IMG/VR virus record: IMGVR_UViG_3300044723_010423
Span: 1-53,582 of that record
Direction: 5' to 3' (one strand)
Source: a virus
Taxonomy: Duplodnaviria > Caudoviricetes
Length of the DNA stretch: 53,582 bases
The position numbers were made by a program, and so were the translations under genes. Position 1 is the first letter of the stretch. The number at the start of each line of letters is the position of its first letter. This document shows positions 9,456-18,237 of the stretch, piece after piece. The notes beneath the pieces were generated by a model that did no database searches, was not told the DNA's origin, and was given only the letters and a program-made list of their open reading frames with translations.

Positions 9456-10049
9456 ATATTTAATTCAATCTGCCATTACTTAAATGTAATTCAGAGTCCT
9501 ATTAAATATACTCATAAAGCGCTAGAGGTAATTCAGGAGGCCATTACTTAAATGTAATTCAGGATCTTATTACCCTAGCGCATAAACAAACCAATAATAT
9601 ATACTTTACAGATTTAAATATAAGATAATTCACGCGGCCATTACTTAAATGTAATTTATATTCTTATTATTTTATATACAATAAATTAAAAACTGTAGAT
9701 AATTCAAGTTGCCATTACTTAAATGTAATTCAATTTCTCATTATCACAGAAAAATAAATTAAAATGTTAAATAATTCAAAGCGCCATTACTTAAATGTAA
9801 TTCAGACCCTTATTACTTAACTTTAAACTTAACGGCGCTAGAGGTAATTCATCTACTCATTACTTAAATGTAATTCATTTGGCCATTACCCTAACGCCAT
9901 AACCTAAACTTTAAAAATATAATAATGTAATTCAATCTGCCATTACTTAAATGTAATTCAGGGCCTTATTGCATGTTATGTTAATAAAATAAACAATAAT
10001 TGATTCAATTTGCCATTACTTAAATGTAATTTACCCTCTCATCAATTAT
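9456..10049 (+). ncRNA. Array of 8 dual-guide hairpin units (TIGR-like stem-loop array)
   Basis: Units 9456-9509, 9519-9581, 9618-9677, 9693-9749, 9766-9821, 9834-9898, ~9916-9982, 9996-10049. Each is outer stem-T(C)A-N7-ATTACTTAAATGTAAT-T(C/T)A-N7-outer stem, with covarying outer stems. Confidence 0.8.
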
Positions 10050-10058
10050 CAGCATTCA

Positions 10059-10093
10059 GCCCCTAGATTTCCCTCTAGGGGCCTTTTCTTTTT
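10059..10093 (+). terminator. Intrinsic terminator closing the array
   Basis: GCCCCTAGA-tttccc-TCTAGGGGC followed by a T-rich tail. Confidence 0.8.
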
Positions 10094-10432
10094 CTCCTTT
10101 ATCCTTTTTCCCAGTTTTCCCTTAAAGTATCCCAGAAACCCCTTTTTCCCCCTTTAACAACCTTTCAAATACCTTTATACTATATATCATTAATATACAT
10201 AATACATATAAACAATATAAAGAATACATTAATAAGTTTAGAATTGTGTGTTTGATATATTACGCACCTTTTTTAAATAAAAAATATAAAAATACACCTT
10301 TTTAAATCATAAAATTTTATGTACATTTTTTGTTAGTTTATGTTCATTTTATGTATATTTACCCTATATATATGCAAAAAACAGCAAAAAACAACTATAA
10401 TTAATAATAATATGATGTATTATATATAGCAT

Positions 10433-10618
10433 ATGAATACAGTTACAATACGTATAGGTGATGATGACCTGAAGGTCATCGACAGGATCTTCGAGAACGA
10501 GTCTGCTTTTGACCCCCGCACTCAAGAAGATAGAGTATTAATAGAAGTAATGAAGCAAGTGCAAAAAAACCCAAAAGTATATATAGAAGAATATGATATA
10601 GATATGGATAAAAAGTGA
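10433..10618 (+). CDS. Hypothetical protein
   Basis: 61-aa ORF with protein-like composition. Confidence 0.55.
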   Translation: MNTVTIRIGDDDLKVIDRIFENESAFDPRTQEDRVLIEVMKQVQKNPKVYIEEYDIDMDKK

Positions 10619-10834
10619 ACTAATTTATGCCAAATATAATAAAATATATAAAAAGTCGGCATTTATGAGCTAAAAAACACTTAATATAATATAACCAAAA
10701 TGGCGCGAAACTGGGATTCGCTGACACTTTTGGCAAAAACATATATTTTTATAGGGGGTAAATACAAATTTTGCGGCAAAAACTCCCCACTTTTCAAAAA
10801 AACGTTATTTGTGAGCGATTTTTTACTTAATATA

Positions 10835-11119
10835 ATGAAAGAGACATCAGGTTATGTATACATAATAAGTAATGAAGCTTTTAAAGGTTATTATAAAATA
10901 GGTATAACAAAAGATATAAAAAAGAGATTGCGTACATATCAAACCTCTAGTCCTCATCGAAATTATAAAGTCGAGCATTACATTTTCCATGAAGATTGCA
11001 AGGCTGCAGAGAAACAAATACATGAAGCTATGCATTATTTTGCTCTTAGTAAGAGGAATGAATGGTTTGAAATAGATTTAAGTATAGCAAAAGTTAGATT
11101 AGATGAAACATTAAAATAG
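10835..11119 (+). CDS. GIY-YIG / T5orf172-like protein
   Basis: GYVYII...YKIGIT...RLRTYQTSSP...E...EWF; start moved to MKETS. Confidence 0.8.
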   Translation: MKETSGYVYIISNEAFKGYYKIGITKDIKKRLRTYQTSSPHRNYKVEHYIFHEDCKAAEKQIHEAMHYFALSKRNEWFEIDLSIAKVRLDETLK

Positions 11120-11151
11120 TATTATTTATGAGCGATTTTTTACTTAATATA

Positions 11152-11424
11152 CTAAGTTAGTTTTTTTATTATTTGTGAAGCAGTTTTGGCCAAATAGTTA
11201 ATTTTATATTCGGGCAGCTCCCAGAAGAATGCATGTAGCATTTCATGCAATATTATTTCTTTTATTTTTTCTTTTTTTAAATGAGGGTTGACTAGGATTT
11301 TAGATTTAGCGTTATCTTTGGGCGGGTAGCAGAGGCCATCTGCCTCTAGTTCTTTTCGCGGCTTTCTTAAGCTTATTTCATATTCTTGCCCCTCAAAATT
11401 CTTAAAACTAATTTTCTTTCCCAT
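11152..11424 (-). CDS. Small HExxH zinc metallopeptidase-like protein
   Basis: DGLC...ILHEMLHAFF. Confidence 0.65.
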   Translation of the reverse strand: MGKKISFKNFEGQEYEISLRKPRKELEADGLCYPPKDNAKSKILVNPHLKKEKIKEIILHEMLHAFFWELPEYKINYLAKTASQIIKKLT

Positions 11425-11570
11425 AATAATATAATATACATAAAAAATACATATTTATGAACGAAAAATTGCTTAATATATAAAAATTGTATTTGTGAGC
11501 GAGATTTTCCTTAATATAGTTAATATAAAAAAGGGCTATTTATGAGCGCGATTTTCCTTAATATAATATA

Positions 11571-11597
11571 AAAAAACCCACCTCCGAAGAGATGGGC
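11571..11597 (-). terminator. Intrinsic terminator
   Basis: CCCACCTC-cgaa-GAGATGGG preceded by an A-run on +. Confidence 0.6.
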
Positions 11598-11710
11598 AAA
11601 ATACAATTCATAATAAAAAGAAACGGTTTATATAAAGATATGTTTAATAAGTCTGTGAATTACTATTAAAAATAATGGCAAAATGAATTAAATCATATCT
11701 ATATTAAAAG

Positions 11711-11923
11711 TTATCGTTTAGTATAGCGGGTTTTGCCGCATCTAATTTTTGTAATTTTATCTTTAGAGACTTTCATTGTTACGTTTTTAGATGGAATATT
11801 TAGTGTCACATACTTTTCAGTAATTGAATCTGGCACAAGTTTAGCACTAAAAGTTCCACGGTGCGATGTTTCAATGGTCGCAAAACGACCCCTAGTTTTA
11901 TTCAATGCATTATCGATTTTCAT
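11711..11923 (-). CDS. Hypothetical protein
   Basis: 70-aa basic ORF with a TTGAAA/TAATAG-type upstream region. Confidence 0.55.
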   Translation of the reverse strand: MKIDNALNKTRGRFATIETSHRGTFSAKLVPDSITEKYVTLNIPSKNVTMKVSKDKITKIRCGKTRYTKR

Positions 11924-12250
11924 AATGTGTATCTATTATATGAGGCAGGTCTAGTTTTTCAAGTAAAAAAACCGATTTATTTTCGGTCGAATTCGGTAAA
12001 TTTAAAAGAAGGAGGGACGCACATCCCTCCTCCAATTTTATTGGGTAACGCTTTTTTTCTTTCTATATTATAGTTTTTCAGGTTTATTTTAGTTTTAAAG
12101 TTTTCATCACTCGATGATCTTCTACCCCTGAACACCGAGATTCTCTCACATCCTGAACAGGAGTCAACACCAAAAACAAAAAAAATAAAAAACAAAAAAA
12201 AACAAAAATAAATCTTGAAACACTGATTAGGTGTGCTATGTTGTTCTCGT

Positions 12251-12487
12251 ATGATTCAATACGAAGGAAATAAAACATTGGTAACAGTATCTTTAAAGCA
12301 TCTTAACGAAGTGTTTTCTAGATACCCTGATACAAAAATCACTATCAGCAGAATATGGGCAGATAAATATAATTCTGCACTAAGTTTGATAGCAGGCAAA
12401 GTTCAAATCGAAACCGAGAAGGTTCAGGTTAAAACGAACGAAACAGACAATAACGAAGAAGCGATTCCATATAAAACAATAAATTAA
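12251..12487 (+). CDS. Hypothetical protein
   Basis: TTGAAA-N16-TATGTT upstream; directly precedes the RuvB-like gene. Confidence 0.6.
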   Translation: MIQYEGNKTLVTVSLKHLNEVFSRYPDTKITISRIWADKYNSALSLIAGKVQIETEKVQVKTNETDNNEEAIPYKTIN

Positions 12488-12489
12488 TT

Positions 12490-13416
12490 ATGTCATTCGA
12501 TCATTTAGTAGGACAGGAAAAAATAAAAAAGAAACTTAATTATTATTTAAAAGTTTATAATGCTAAAAATACTTGCCCTTTTCTATTGTTTAATGGTCAA
12601 AAGGGGATAGGTAAAACAGAGTTTGCAAGAAGTTTTGTTCGCCAGCTTAAAAATAAAGATGGTAGCAAAAGAAATGCGATAGAATTAAATTGTGGTAGTT
12701 TAAAAAATGTAGAGAACTTTTTCACTCAAATCTTTATACCAATAATTATGGATAATGAGGTGACAGTGTTTCTAGATGAAGCACATGAGTTACCTCAAGA
12801 TTTGACAAATGCTTTTCTTACTATTTTTAACACAGAAAAATCTAATCAGCGGGAGTTTCAATTTCGAGAGAATGTTTTTCCTTTTGATTTTACTAAACAA
12901 ACTTTTCTGTTTGCCACCACTGAATCGGATAAGTTGTTCCCGCCTTTTAAGGATCGCTTAACTAGCGTAGACTTTGAGGAGTATACTCGTCAGGATCTCG
13001 CAAAGATTATATCATCTTTTTGTAAAGAGATCAAATTTGATTCAAATTGTCTTGACAATCTCTCATCAACCACTCGCGGAAATGCTAGGTCATCAATTAA
13101 GTTAGCTAGAGATCTAGGGGACTTTTGTGATGCTGATAACATTAATTATTTCGGTAAAAAAGAATTTAATTCTTTTATTGATATATTAGGTATTAATCCT
13201 TTGGGAATAAGCGAGACTGAAAAGAATATTCTTGACATTCTAAAAGAACACGGGAGTTGCTCTCTTCAGGAGTTGAGTGCTAAAACTGGACTCAGTAGAA
13301 CAGCCCTTCAACGTGATCATGAAGTTTACCTTTTGAAGAAAGGGTTAATGAAAATAGATGTCAAGCGAATAATCACTCCAGTCGGAAAATCATTGCTGAG
13401 AGGCGCGAATTGGTAA
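12490..13416 (+). CDS. ruvB: RuvB-like AAA+ ATPase
   Basis: FDHLVGQ, Walker A GQKGIGKT, Walker B FLDEAH, FATT, KDRL, RGNAR, C-terminal winged helix (EVYLLKKGLM). Confidence 0.8.
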   Translation: MSFDHLVGQEKIKKKLNYYLKVYNAKNTCPFLLFNGQKGIGKTEFARSFVRQLKNKDGSKRNAIELNCGSLKNVENFFTQIFIPIIMDNEVTVFLDEAHELPQDLTNAFLTIFNTEKSNQREFQFRENVFPFDFTKQTFLFATTESDKLFPPFKDRLTSVDFEEYTRQDLAKIISSFCKEIKFDSNCLDNLSSTTRGNARSSIKLARDLGDFCDADNINYFGKKEFNSFIDILGINPLGISETEKNILDILKEHGSCSLQELSAKTGLSRTALQRDHEVYLLKKGLMKIDVKRIITPVGKSLLRGANW

Positions 13417-13423
13417 AATATTA

Positions 13424-13452
13424 AGGGGGGAAAAGATTTTCCCCCTTTTTTT
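13424..13452 (+). terminator. Intrinsic terminator
   Basis: AGGGGGGAAAA-ga-TTTTCCCCCT plus T-run. Confidence 0.7.
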
Positions 13453-13580
13453 AAAACTTTTTCTTGTTTTTTAAAAAAAATGTGCGAGAATATATGTAAT
13501 GAAAGTATCAATGATAGAGATAGTCATCATTGCTTCTATTTACTTAGCTATAGTGTTCAGTATACCAAAAAAGAAATAAT

Positions 13581-13802
13581 ATGAAAAAACCTCAAACAAT
13601 AGACATCACTCCCACATGGGAGTCGCTCGCACCAGTAATGATAGATATCATTAAAAACCCCCATGGCTCTTTCCAGTCAGTTAAAATCGCCAAAGAAGAA
13701 TTGCTGAAGATGGCAAGAGTAGCAGACAAATATGTTGAGATAAGCTCATACAAAGATGGCGAATGCGTTGAACAATATGTTGATTTAAAGGATTCAGAAT
13801 GA
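13581..13802 (+). CDS. Hypothetical protein
   Basis: Part of a tightly packed + strand small-ORF run. Confidence 0.65.
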   Translation: MKKPQTIDITPTWESLAPVMIDIIKNPHGSFQSVKIAKEELLKMARVADKYVEISSYKDGECVEQYVDLKDSE

Positions 13803-14101
13803 ATTTAGAAATTATTACTAATAATGTTCCAAGGGATTTATTGTATCCTTATGAACTATCAAATAAGGATTGGGAAGATACTTGTTACGATGAAAAAGAT
13901 CGGCAACGAGCAGAGCAAGAGGGGGACACTTTTATTAAATACAAAAATTATGTTTATTCTCTTGCTGATTTTATGAGAGTAGAAGATAATTCACCTTTGA
14001 AGGGTTGGCATGGGTATTTATCAGAAACATTCTTTTCTGGAATATTAATTAAGTATTGTGAAGATACTGCTCAAGTTGTATTAGGAAGATATTATTCATA
14101 A
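13799..14101 (+). CDS. Hypothetical protein
   Basis: ATGA-coupled ORF. Confidence 0.7.
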   Translation: MNLEIITNNVPRDLLYPYELSNKDWEDTCYDEKDRQRAEQEGDTFIKYKNYVYSLADFMRVEDNSPLKGWHGYLSETFFSGILIKYCEDTAQVVLGRYYS

Positions 14102-14118
14102 ACAAATAGGAGACTGAT

Positions 14119-14514
14119 ATGGGATTAGATCAAATGGCATACAAGATAAAAGGTGGAATCATCAATGAAGAAGTTCCTTATAATAATAAAACAAATGGTC
14201 TTGATGAAAACCCTGAGAGTGGTTTTGAAGAGATTTGTTCTTGGCGCAAACATTATGAGCTAGATGATTGGATGACAGATCTGTATTGGAAGAAAGGCGG
14301 GAAGGGTAACGATGGCATGTTTAATTGCTGTTGGATGAAATTATCCAAGCTAGATTTAACTGAACTAGAAGTTTGTTTGCTTAAAGGTGAAATAGCATAT
14401 AGCGATTGGCCTTCGGAGATAGATACTCAAAAAGAATATGATTTAAACTTTATTAAAAAAGCTAAGAAAATCATTGAAGATGGTTTTGATGTGTTTTATT
14501 CTAATTGGTGGTAA
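14119..14514 (+). CDS. Phage hypothetical protein
   Basis: MGLDQMAY...WRKH...FYSNWW; AGGAG upstream. Confidence 0.75.
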   Translation: MGLDQMAYKIKGGIINEEVPYNNKTNGLDENPESGFEEICSWRKHYELDDWMTDLYWKKGGKGNDGMFNCCWMKLSKLDLTELEVCLLKGEIAYSDWPSEIDTQKEYDLNFIKKAKKIIEDGFDVFYSNWW

Positions 14515-14518
14515 TAAT

Positions 14519-14782
14519 ATGAAAGAAGAAAAAATCACAACTTTTACATACGCTGATTTAAGTAAACAAGATTTGGTTGATGAAATTGCGTGGCGAGCAT
14601 TAATGGTGCAACCAAAAGATGTCTATATGGAATGGTTAGATGGTGAAGTTTGTAATGCTAAAGAGCTAATTGATTTGTTTGATTATTTAAATGATAAATT
14701 AAATCGCAGCACTAGTAAAGACATTGCAGACATGTATAGGGATGACTTCATGGAAAAACTTAAAATAGAAAAACTATTATGA
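14519..14782 (+). CDS. Hypothetical protein
   Basis: Start moved to MKEEK. Confidence 0.6.
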   Translation: MKEEKITTFTYADLSKQDLVDEIAWRALMVQPKDVYMEWLDGEVCNAKELIDLFDYLNDKLNRSTSKDIADMYRDDFMEKLKIEKLL

Positions 14783-15000
14783 AAAAAGTAGATACGGAAA
14801 CTTCTAAAGTCGAAATCGATAATAACCAATTTTCTGAGGGTAACCTAAGAGGCGTTTACGATGAATGGTTACGTGCCTACGACTACTTTTGTAATCAAAC
14901 CGTAAACACTAAAGGGCAAAAAGTTAATAGGCAAAAATTAAAAAGTTATACAATAAGTTATGGCAAAGGAACTATATTTAAAAGAGGGGAGCAAAATTAA
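14779..15000 (+). CDS. Hypothetical protein, paralogue of 17567-17929
   Basis: Shared YDEW..Y.YFC.QTVNTKGQKVNR. Confidence 0.7.
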   Translation: MKKVDTETSKVEIDNNQFSEGNLRGVYDEWLRAYDYFCNQTVNTKGQKVNRQKLKSYTISYGKGTIFKRGEQN

Positions 15001-15189
15001 ATGAAAAAAGATTATTTTAAAGATGGAGAATCTTTAGTTGATTCTATTTTTGCGGAATGGGAGACTCAAGTCAAAAAGAGTAAAGATGAAAATCTTAATA
15101 GAATATTTTATCAACTTCAAGACTCTTTTGCGAGATTCAAAGTAGAGCTTATTAAGCAAGGTTACAAAGGATATTTTTCAAATGACTAG
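15001..15189 (+). CDS. Hypothetical protein
   Basis: Abuts both neighbours. Confidence 0.6.
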   Translation: MKKDYFKDGESLVDSIFAEWETQVKKSKDENLNRIFYQLQDSFARFKVELIKQGYKGYFSND

Positions 15190-15343
15190 AAACTTTAAAA
15201 CTATTTACCTTACGATAGCAGTGCAAGTTGAAGATACTGCCGATTGTCAAGAAGTGGTCGAAGATTTAGATTATAATATTAAACATCCTAAAATTATTGA
15301 TTCAGAAATTATTGAACATCAAGTATGGGAGGAAGAGATATGA
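15182..15343 (+). CDS. Small hypothetical protein (not in ORF track)
   Basis: 53 aa, MTRNFKTIYL...WEEEI; fills the gap with overlaps on both sides. Confidence 0.55.
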   Translation: MTRNFKTIYLTIAVQVEDTADCQEVVEDLDYNIKHPKIIDSEIIEHQVWEEEI

Positions 15344-15573
15344 GAGAGTATATTGAAACCTATATGGCAGATGATACTACAAAGTTTGCCGACAAAATGT
15401 TTGATAAAGCATTAATTGGTTATGATTTCAATGGTCAAGTTTATTACGATCATCACAAAATGACAGTTATCCTTAAAAAAACGAGATTGACAGACAGTGA
15501 AGTTAATGAGAAAATATTACTTTTAATTGCTAAAGACAAAATAAACATTATTGTTACCCCTAAAAAGATATGA
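15340..15573 (+). CDS. Hypothetical protein, related to 7846-8106
   Basis: FADKMFDKALIG...YD. Confidence 0.6.
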   Translation: MREYIETYMADDTTKFADKMFDKALIGYDFNGQVYYDHHKMTVILKKTRLTDSEVNEKILLLIAKDKINIIVTPKKI

Positions 15574-15860
15574 AAAAACTAATACACAGACCTGTTGAAC
15601 ACGACGACCAAAAAGTGTTTTTTGAAAATGAAGAGCAATTTTCTGATTGGGTAAGTTGCCAAGAAAGAGGAACTTTATTTGCAGCGGACGATCATAACAA
15701 TGTCTATACAGTTATGTGCATGGATGGTGATGCTCCATGGGCAATATGCTACCTAAAGGGATTCAGGACATTAACATTTAAAGTCTTAGTGAAAGATTTT
15801 GAATTGTCTTGGATTGATAACGACCAGATGCTCCACCTGATAGATATATGTGAAAATTAA
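15570..15860 (+). CDS. Hypothetical protein
   Basis: ATGA-coupled ORF. Confidence 0.6.
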   Translation: MKKLIHRPVEHDDQKVFFENEEQFSDWVSCQERGTLFAADDHNNVYTVMCMDGDAPWAICYLKGFRTLTFKVLVKDFELSWIDNDQMLHLIDICEN

Positions 15861-15903
15861 ATAGTTTTATTGTTGACGCAAATCAAAAAGTGTTTCAAAA
15901 TTA

Positions 15904-16116
15904 TTGGATATGAGACAATACACTAGACCACCAGTAATAAAATGGGATGTGAATTCTTTGGCAAAAGAACTTGGTTTTTGTTTCGATCAAAATGGATCAA
16001 TGTATTTTTTGACAGACGGACAGGGGGCGGTTTTCGATAGTAGATCACTTGAAGAAATTAATGGATACTTGCTCGGATACAAGTATAGCCAAATTTGCAC
16101 CAGTAAATTATTTTAA
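15904..16116 (+). CDS. Hypothetical protein
   Basis: ORF with TTGACG upstream. Confidence 0.55.
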   Translation: MDMRQYTRPPVIKWDVNSLAKELGFCFDQNGSMYFLTDGQGAVFDSRSLEEINGYLLGYKYSQICTSKLF

Positions 16117-16128
16117 AACACTACTATT

Positions 16129-16407
16129 ATGAAAAAAACAATTAGATTGGCAGATATCAAAATGGATATCAACGAACAACTCTCCGCAGAATATACCACA
16201 GAAAAAGAAAGGAATCTGTTAGGTATGCTCCTAGAAAAATGGTTAATGAACAGGGGAGCATATCAAGGTTTTAGGTGGTTAGAGAAAGATCGTGTCCCAA
16301 AGGGATGTAAAGCAGGGATAAATACCTTGTCAACACAAACCAGCAATGGTAAAACTGTGAATGAATTGTTTGACGATACTGATAGTTCAAGAAAATACTA
16401 TTATTAA
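16129..16407 (+). CDS. Hypothetical protein
   Basis: ORF in operon. Confidence 0.65.
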   Translation: MKKTIRLADIKMDINEQLSAEYTTEKERNLLGMLLEKWLMNRGAYQGFRWLEKDRVPKGCKAGINTLSTQTSNGKTVNELFDDTDSSRKYYY

Positions 16408-16424
16408 TTTAAAAGATTTTAGTT

Positions 16425-17006
16425 ATGAGAAAATTTGATTTTACTAAACAGTTGCCCACTCATTGCAGTGATAAATACGAAAAAGAATATTTTTTAATAT
16501 TTAGTATTATTGTAGCAGGTCGTAATGCTAAAATGGCAGTAGAAAAAACATGGAGATTGCTTGAATTCACATGGGGAGAAGAGACCCCATTTGATTTAAT
16601 TAAACATTATATTGATCATAAAACTCTTGTTCAAAAATTAAAGACATTGAAAATAGGTCAATATACCCGTATAGAAAAAGCATTAAGAGATATTATTAAT
16701 TTAAATGTCGAAACTTGCACGCTAGATGATCTTTTAGCTTGTCATGGAGTCGGTAATAAAACTTCACGTTTTTTCTTACTTAATACTAGAAAGAATGCAA
16801 ACTATGCGGTATTAGATACCCATGTTCTTAAATGGCTAAACAGTTTGTTTGGGAATTGGATGAACGTCCCTAAATCTACACCCACAAGCGGATCTCGATA
16901 TGCGCTATGGGAATACAAAGCGATTCAGGCAATGAAAAAAGAATACCCTGAACGAACATTGGCACAAGCAGACTTTGAAATCTGGAAAACATTTGCTAAA
17001 GGTTAA
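16425..17006 (+). CDS. HhH-family DNA glycosylase (8-oxoG glycosylase / endonuclease III-like)
   Basis: LLACHGVGNKTSRFFL (HhH with Lys), AVLDTHVLKWL, DFEIW. Confidence 0.8.
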   Translation: MRKFDFTKQLPTHCSDKYEKEYFLIFSIIVAGRNAKMAVEKTWRLLEFTWGEETPFDLIKHYIDHKTLVQKLKTLKIGQYTRIEKALRDIINLNVETCTLDDLLACHGVGNKTSRFFLLNTRKNANYAVLDTHVLKWLNSLFGNWMNVPKSTPTSGSRYALWEYKAIQAMKKEYPERTLAQADFEIWKTFAKG

Positions 17007-17010
17007 TATT

Positions 17011-17298
17011 ATGGAATACGTATATGCATTAAAAGTTAATGAGGAGAAAGAAAACTTCTTTGCTTTTTACAGTAGTTTAAGTAAAGCGAAATCGGCAGGT
17101 AAAGGGTGGTTGAAAAAAAACAACAAAATATGGGAAAATCGAATTTCATGTGAAGGAATTAAGTTTTATGAGTTGGTATTAAATATTTATAAGATACAAT
17201 TAGAAACAATAGGTAACTACGACATGAGATATGTCACTTGCATATTCACCCGTCGATCTAGTGGGCCAAACGGCAGTAACATAATAACAGAAGAATAG
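17011..17298 (+). CDS. Hypothetical protein
   Basis: Start moved to MEYVY. Confidence 0.55.
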   Translation: MEYVYALKVNEEKENFFAFYSSLSKAKSAGKGWLKKNNKIWENRISCEGIKFYELVLNIYKIQLETIGNYDMRYVTCIFTRRSSGPNGSNIITEE

Positions 17299-17303
17299 AC
17301 ATC

Positions 17304-17561
17304 TTGGATATGAAATACATAGAATTAACCCATCTTACATTTATTGGGCCTGCAAGCGGAATCGAAGAAATCCTTAAAGAGAAAATTATGATTAACTTTG
17401 ATAAAGTTTATTCGTTTTTTCCCGACTGGGATGGCGATGACCTTCCTGACCTTTGTAACACTTCAGATCACACTTCTGATAATTATTCTAAAATTGAGAT
17501 GAAGCGCAGCATGATAACGGTAGAAGAATCATACGACACCATTAAAGATAAATTAAAATAA
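17304..17561 (+). CDS. Hypothetical protein
   Basis: IMINFDKV...ITVEESYDTI. Confidence 0.6.
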   Translation: MDMKYIELTHLTFIGPASGIEEILKEKIMINFDKVYSFFPDWDGDDLPDLCNTSDHTSDNYSKIEMKRSMITVEESYDTIKDKLK

Positions 17562-17566
17562 TTAAT

Positions 17567-17929
17567 ATGAAAGAATCAGAAAAAAATATATCAGATACTG
17601 GATTGGGGATGTATTCTGTTCTTGAAAGAGCGACTCAGGAAATTGAGAGGTTAAAGAAAGCTACTTTGAGTCCAAAATCAAGATATTGGAAACCTATCAA
17701 TAAAAGGTCTACAATAGTAGAGGCTAGTAGTGCAGCAGGAGTTAAAGAAGATCCTTTTGGAGTCATTTCTAAAGGTGCGTATGATGAGTGGATGAAAGGG
17801 TATGAATACTTTTGTGATCAAACTGTAAACACAAAAGGTCAGAAAGTAAATAGGAATGCATTAAAAAAACATTCTGAGCCATGGATAAGACAAATGAAAT
17901 TTGGCAAACAACTACCAAAAGAAAACTAA
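17567..17929 (+). CDS. Hypothetical protein, paralogue of 14779-15000
   Basis: Shared C-terminal motif. Confidence 0.7.
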   Translation: MKESEKNISDTGLGMYSVLERATQEIERLKKATLSPKSRYWKPINKRSTIVEASSAAGVKEDPFGVISKGAYDEWMKGYEYFCDQTVNTKGQKVNRNALKKHSEPWIRQMKFGKQLPKEN

Positions 17930-17976
17930 AAAAAAGATTGATATTTTTTCATAAATAATTTAACTTATTTGGACAT

Positions 17977-18228
17977 ATGAAACTACTTGCTAAAACAGAT
18001 CCCGGTCACGGTTGGCTTCAAGTGCCAATCAACTTACTAGAAAAACTTAATATCATAGATAAAATATCTGGATATTCATACAAGAGAGGCTCATACGCGT
18101 ATCTCGAAGAAGATTGTGACTGGACAATCTTTGGTCGAGCCATGGAGGCGAACGGCTTAACATACGGTGTAAAATGTGAGCATTCAGATCAAGATTCACC
18201 AATCCGTCAATATCAACCATTCAAATAA
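17977..18228 (+). CDS. Phage hypothetical protein
   Basis: TDPGHGWLQV...AYLEEDCD. Confidence 0.7.
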   Translation: MKLLAKTDPGHGWLQVPINLLEKLNIIDKISGYSYKRGSYAYLEEDCDWTIFGRAMEANGLTYGVKCEHSDQDSPIRQYQPFK

Positions 18229-18237
18229 GGATAAAAT

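Larger units (their letters stand above)
10660..11565 (+). repeat. Dispersed direct repeat ATTT(A/G)TGA(G/A)C-N10-CTTAATAT, 6 copies
   Basis: Copies near 10660, 10806, 11123, 11452, 11489 and 11537. Confidence 0.7.

Noticed and set aside
9456-10049. CRISPR array with a Cas12/TnpB-like effector
   Set aside because: The invariant core is only ~16-19 nt and the period is irregular. Flanks pair with each other within each unit rather than acting as free spacers. The RuvC-like motifs are N-terminal and contiguous, unlike Cas12/TnpB, and no cas genes are present.
12090-12175. GC-richer intergenic stretch with CCTGAACA direct repeats and small hairpins, possible ribozyme
   Set aside because: No complete hammerhead, twister, pistol or HDV core could be matched. 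The overlapping short ORFs at 11861-12278 look spurious.
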